DNA of 64,000 nucleotides, from contig JADIIX010000105.1 of the NCBI GenBank assembly GCA_027604505.1, positions 1 through 64,000 on the forward strand. The letters run 5' to 3'. A program made the position numbers and the translations under genes. Of this stretch, positions 61,934 to 64,000 are shown in pieces. Below the pieces are notes generated by a model. The model was not told the origin of the DNA and did no database searches. It saw only the letters and a list, made by a program, of their open reading frames with translations. Source of the DNA: Gonapodya sp. JEL0774 (lineage: Eukaryota). Position 1 is the first letter of the stretch. Every line of letters begins with the position of its first letter.

Positions 61934-62527
61934 TCTAAATCTGACACCCCGAGGAATCGGAGGCAGCCAACCGCCACACGCTGTCGAGATGTTGTTCGAC
62001 TCCAGGAGTTCTGGGATTATTATGTATCCAGGTAGCATACGAGAGAGTTCCACCGACAAAGATGCGAGACGAATTGTGAGAGTGCATGATTCTGTCGCTA
62101 CTGATATTGTGCGCAAAATGAGTCCGGAAACTACTATCGGTCGTACACATCTTGCAACTTAACTCTATTGACAAAATTTCCACTTGTGGATTGGAGTTGC
62201 AAAGGCGAGTACCGCGAGCGCCGAATACAATATTGTACCACGACACCGACTCAGTACCCAATCACTTCATCCAGAGATTACCAGGAGAATCGTAAGTATA
62301 TATATGATACTAAGTACAGTACGCAATGAGGTATTACTGTGAATCCATCAGCAGCTTATAATACGACTTCTAAAACAAGAATAAATAACAACAACGAATC
62401 AGGCTGAACACCGTAAAATTGGGGGTGGTTATACCCCTCAGGTCCTAATTGCTCGTCCATTCCGATAAGTAAACTTGCCGCCTCTCCCAGTTTCACCACA
62501 GTTCACGGAGCTCCCAACCGTCGCCGA

Positions 62528-64000
62528 TCATCTGTAGCACGCTCGATGGAGACACCTATCCATTGTTACAAATCTCCACCCTCCTGCTGCACGAATCGCG
62601 GCTACGGCTTGCGTGATTATGTCATTAATAATTGGTACCTGGCAAAGTGGGACAGATTCTCAAACGACAGGGAAGCAGAGGCATCTCTCGTTGATCACTC
62701 ACAACATCATGATCGAGCGAGAGAATGTTGCCCCTACAAGTCATTAAGCCACACGGCATAACGGTGAGCGCAGATGTGACGACAATTTCTTTCATTCGCC
62801 GTACTCACGTTGCCGGATTTGTGTTCCGAAGAGCTGCTTGAAAAACGGCGACGCTCGCTTGAACATTCGTAGGATTATTCCAGTCTTGACAGTTTGAACG
62901 ATGAGTAACGTATGCTCTTCGCTGCTCCTTTGAAAGGCAATCCCCCACTCAGAACTCACCACCTGTGTCTTGGTTCCATATCACCATTGCCCCATACCCC
63001 ATGCCAGACACAATGCTCGTGATACGACTGTCGTATGCACCCTACTCGCCGTCGGCCCAAATGAGATGACGATGCCGCTATCTATTTACTTAGTCTCTAC
63101 TCACATAAGGTGGTCGGAAAAAGTTCGGCCTTCTCCCAATCAGTCGTTGAAGCGCCTCTTCCACTTGTGCTAATTGGGAACGCACTCCATCTTCAGTCAA
63201 TGTAAGGAGGTTAACATGGTTCCAAGTGCTAGCATTGACGAGTGGGGGATAAGGGTGGGGGGCAGGGGGGGTAAAGGATGGTGAGAAAGTCCGGAAACCG
63301 TGGAACTGTGGCTTTGAACAGTTCGAAATGTGTGGCGACCGTTGACTCACTGTGATGCAATGCAGTGTCCTGAATTGTGGGCGCGCTGTACCATGCCACC
63401 ATAAAAGGGGTCGTTTAGGTTTCCTTGATTGTTTCCATTCTGTGGAGGGGCGTGCGCATCAGTTCCGCTACAACAACATTCGATATGAGCTCCTCTCACC
63501 ACAAAGAACGTCGCTCGAACTCCCAAACGGTCCAAGAGATCGAGGAGGCCCGGTGTGAACCTCCCGGGACCATCTTGAGGGGGAAGGGAATTGATAGTTT
63601 GAGTTTGTAAGTAGGAGAATCAAAGTGATTCAAGTATTCAAGTCATGGCATGGCAAAGATTCTCATTCACTCACCATCAAATGTGAGAGCAACCATGCCC
63701 GGTTCGACACACGAATACGCAACGCCTATTGAAATGCCGTACTCAGATGGGTTACAATCATCCGGTAACTGGTGTTCATGTACTCACCAAATCCAAGAAA
63801 CGGTCCATTATATCCCACACCTTCACCTGACGAAGGGGGAGGGGGAGGAGGGGGGGGAGGAGGGAACCCAGGAGCCCTCGTCGTCGTTCGAGGAGCAACT
63901 GTGGATGTTGCGGTGGTCGTGGCCGTCGAGGTCACCCGAGTTGTGGTCGTTCGGGTTGTCGAAGAGGTCGTGCTTCAAGCGAATTTGGGTTTTCGGTTAA
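62528..64000 (-). CDS. CE4 chitin/polysaccharide deacetylase (paralog of 44268-46186; 5' end beyond the window)
   Basis: ALTFD|DGP, RATFFV|NG, IASH|TWNH, RPPY, LDHDV, GGWRFVTMDRCLHRACYR*. Confidence 0.92.

Overview
Intron-rich eukaryotic DNA with short GT-AG introns and fungal-type genes. It is most plausibly an early-diverging zoosporic fungus; the pectinase content suggests a Gonapodya/Monoblepharidomycete-like organism (inference). About 20 protein-coding genes can be reconstructed by manual splicing. Main highlight: one ~8.9 kb minus-strand gene (46666-55539) that splices, phase-consistently at every inter-domain junction, into a secreted multi-enzyme pectinase. Its layout is signal peptide, KR propeptide, two novel Trp/Cys-rich modules, GH28, GH28, CE8, CE8, joined by Thr-rich linkers. 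Other highlights: (1) an intronic C/D snoRNA cluster (snR74/U27 plus two snR73/U35 copies) in an apparently non-coding host; (2) a head-to-head pair of paralogous F-box/Zn-ribbon genes; (3) two TM-Cache-TM-HAMP receptors with no output domain; (4) a P450 lacking the AGxxT motif; (5) a GC-rich island where an MFS transporter and a homocysteine S-methyltransferase flank a decayed chromovirus; (6) an SPRY gene with a premature stop; (7) several long, structured introns. All exon boundaries are my manual readings and no database searches were run.
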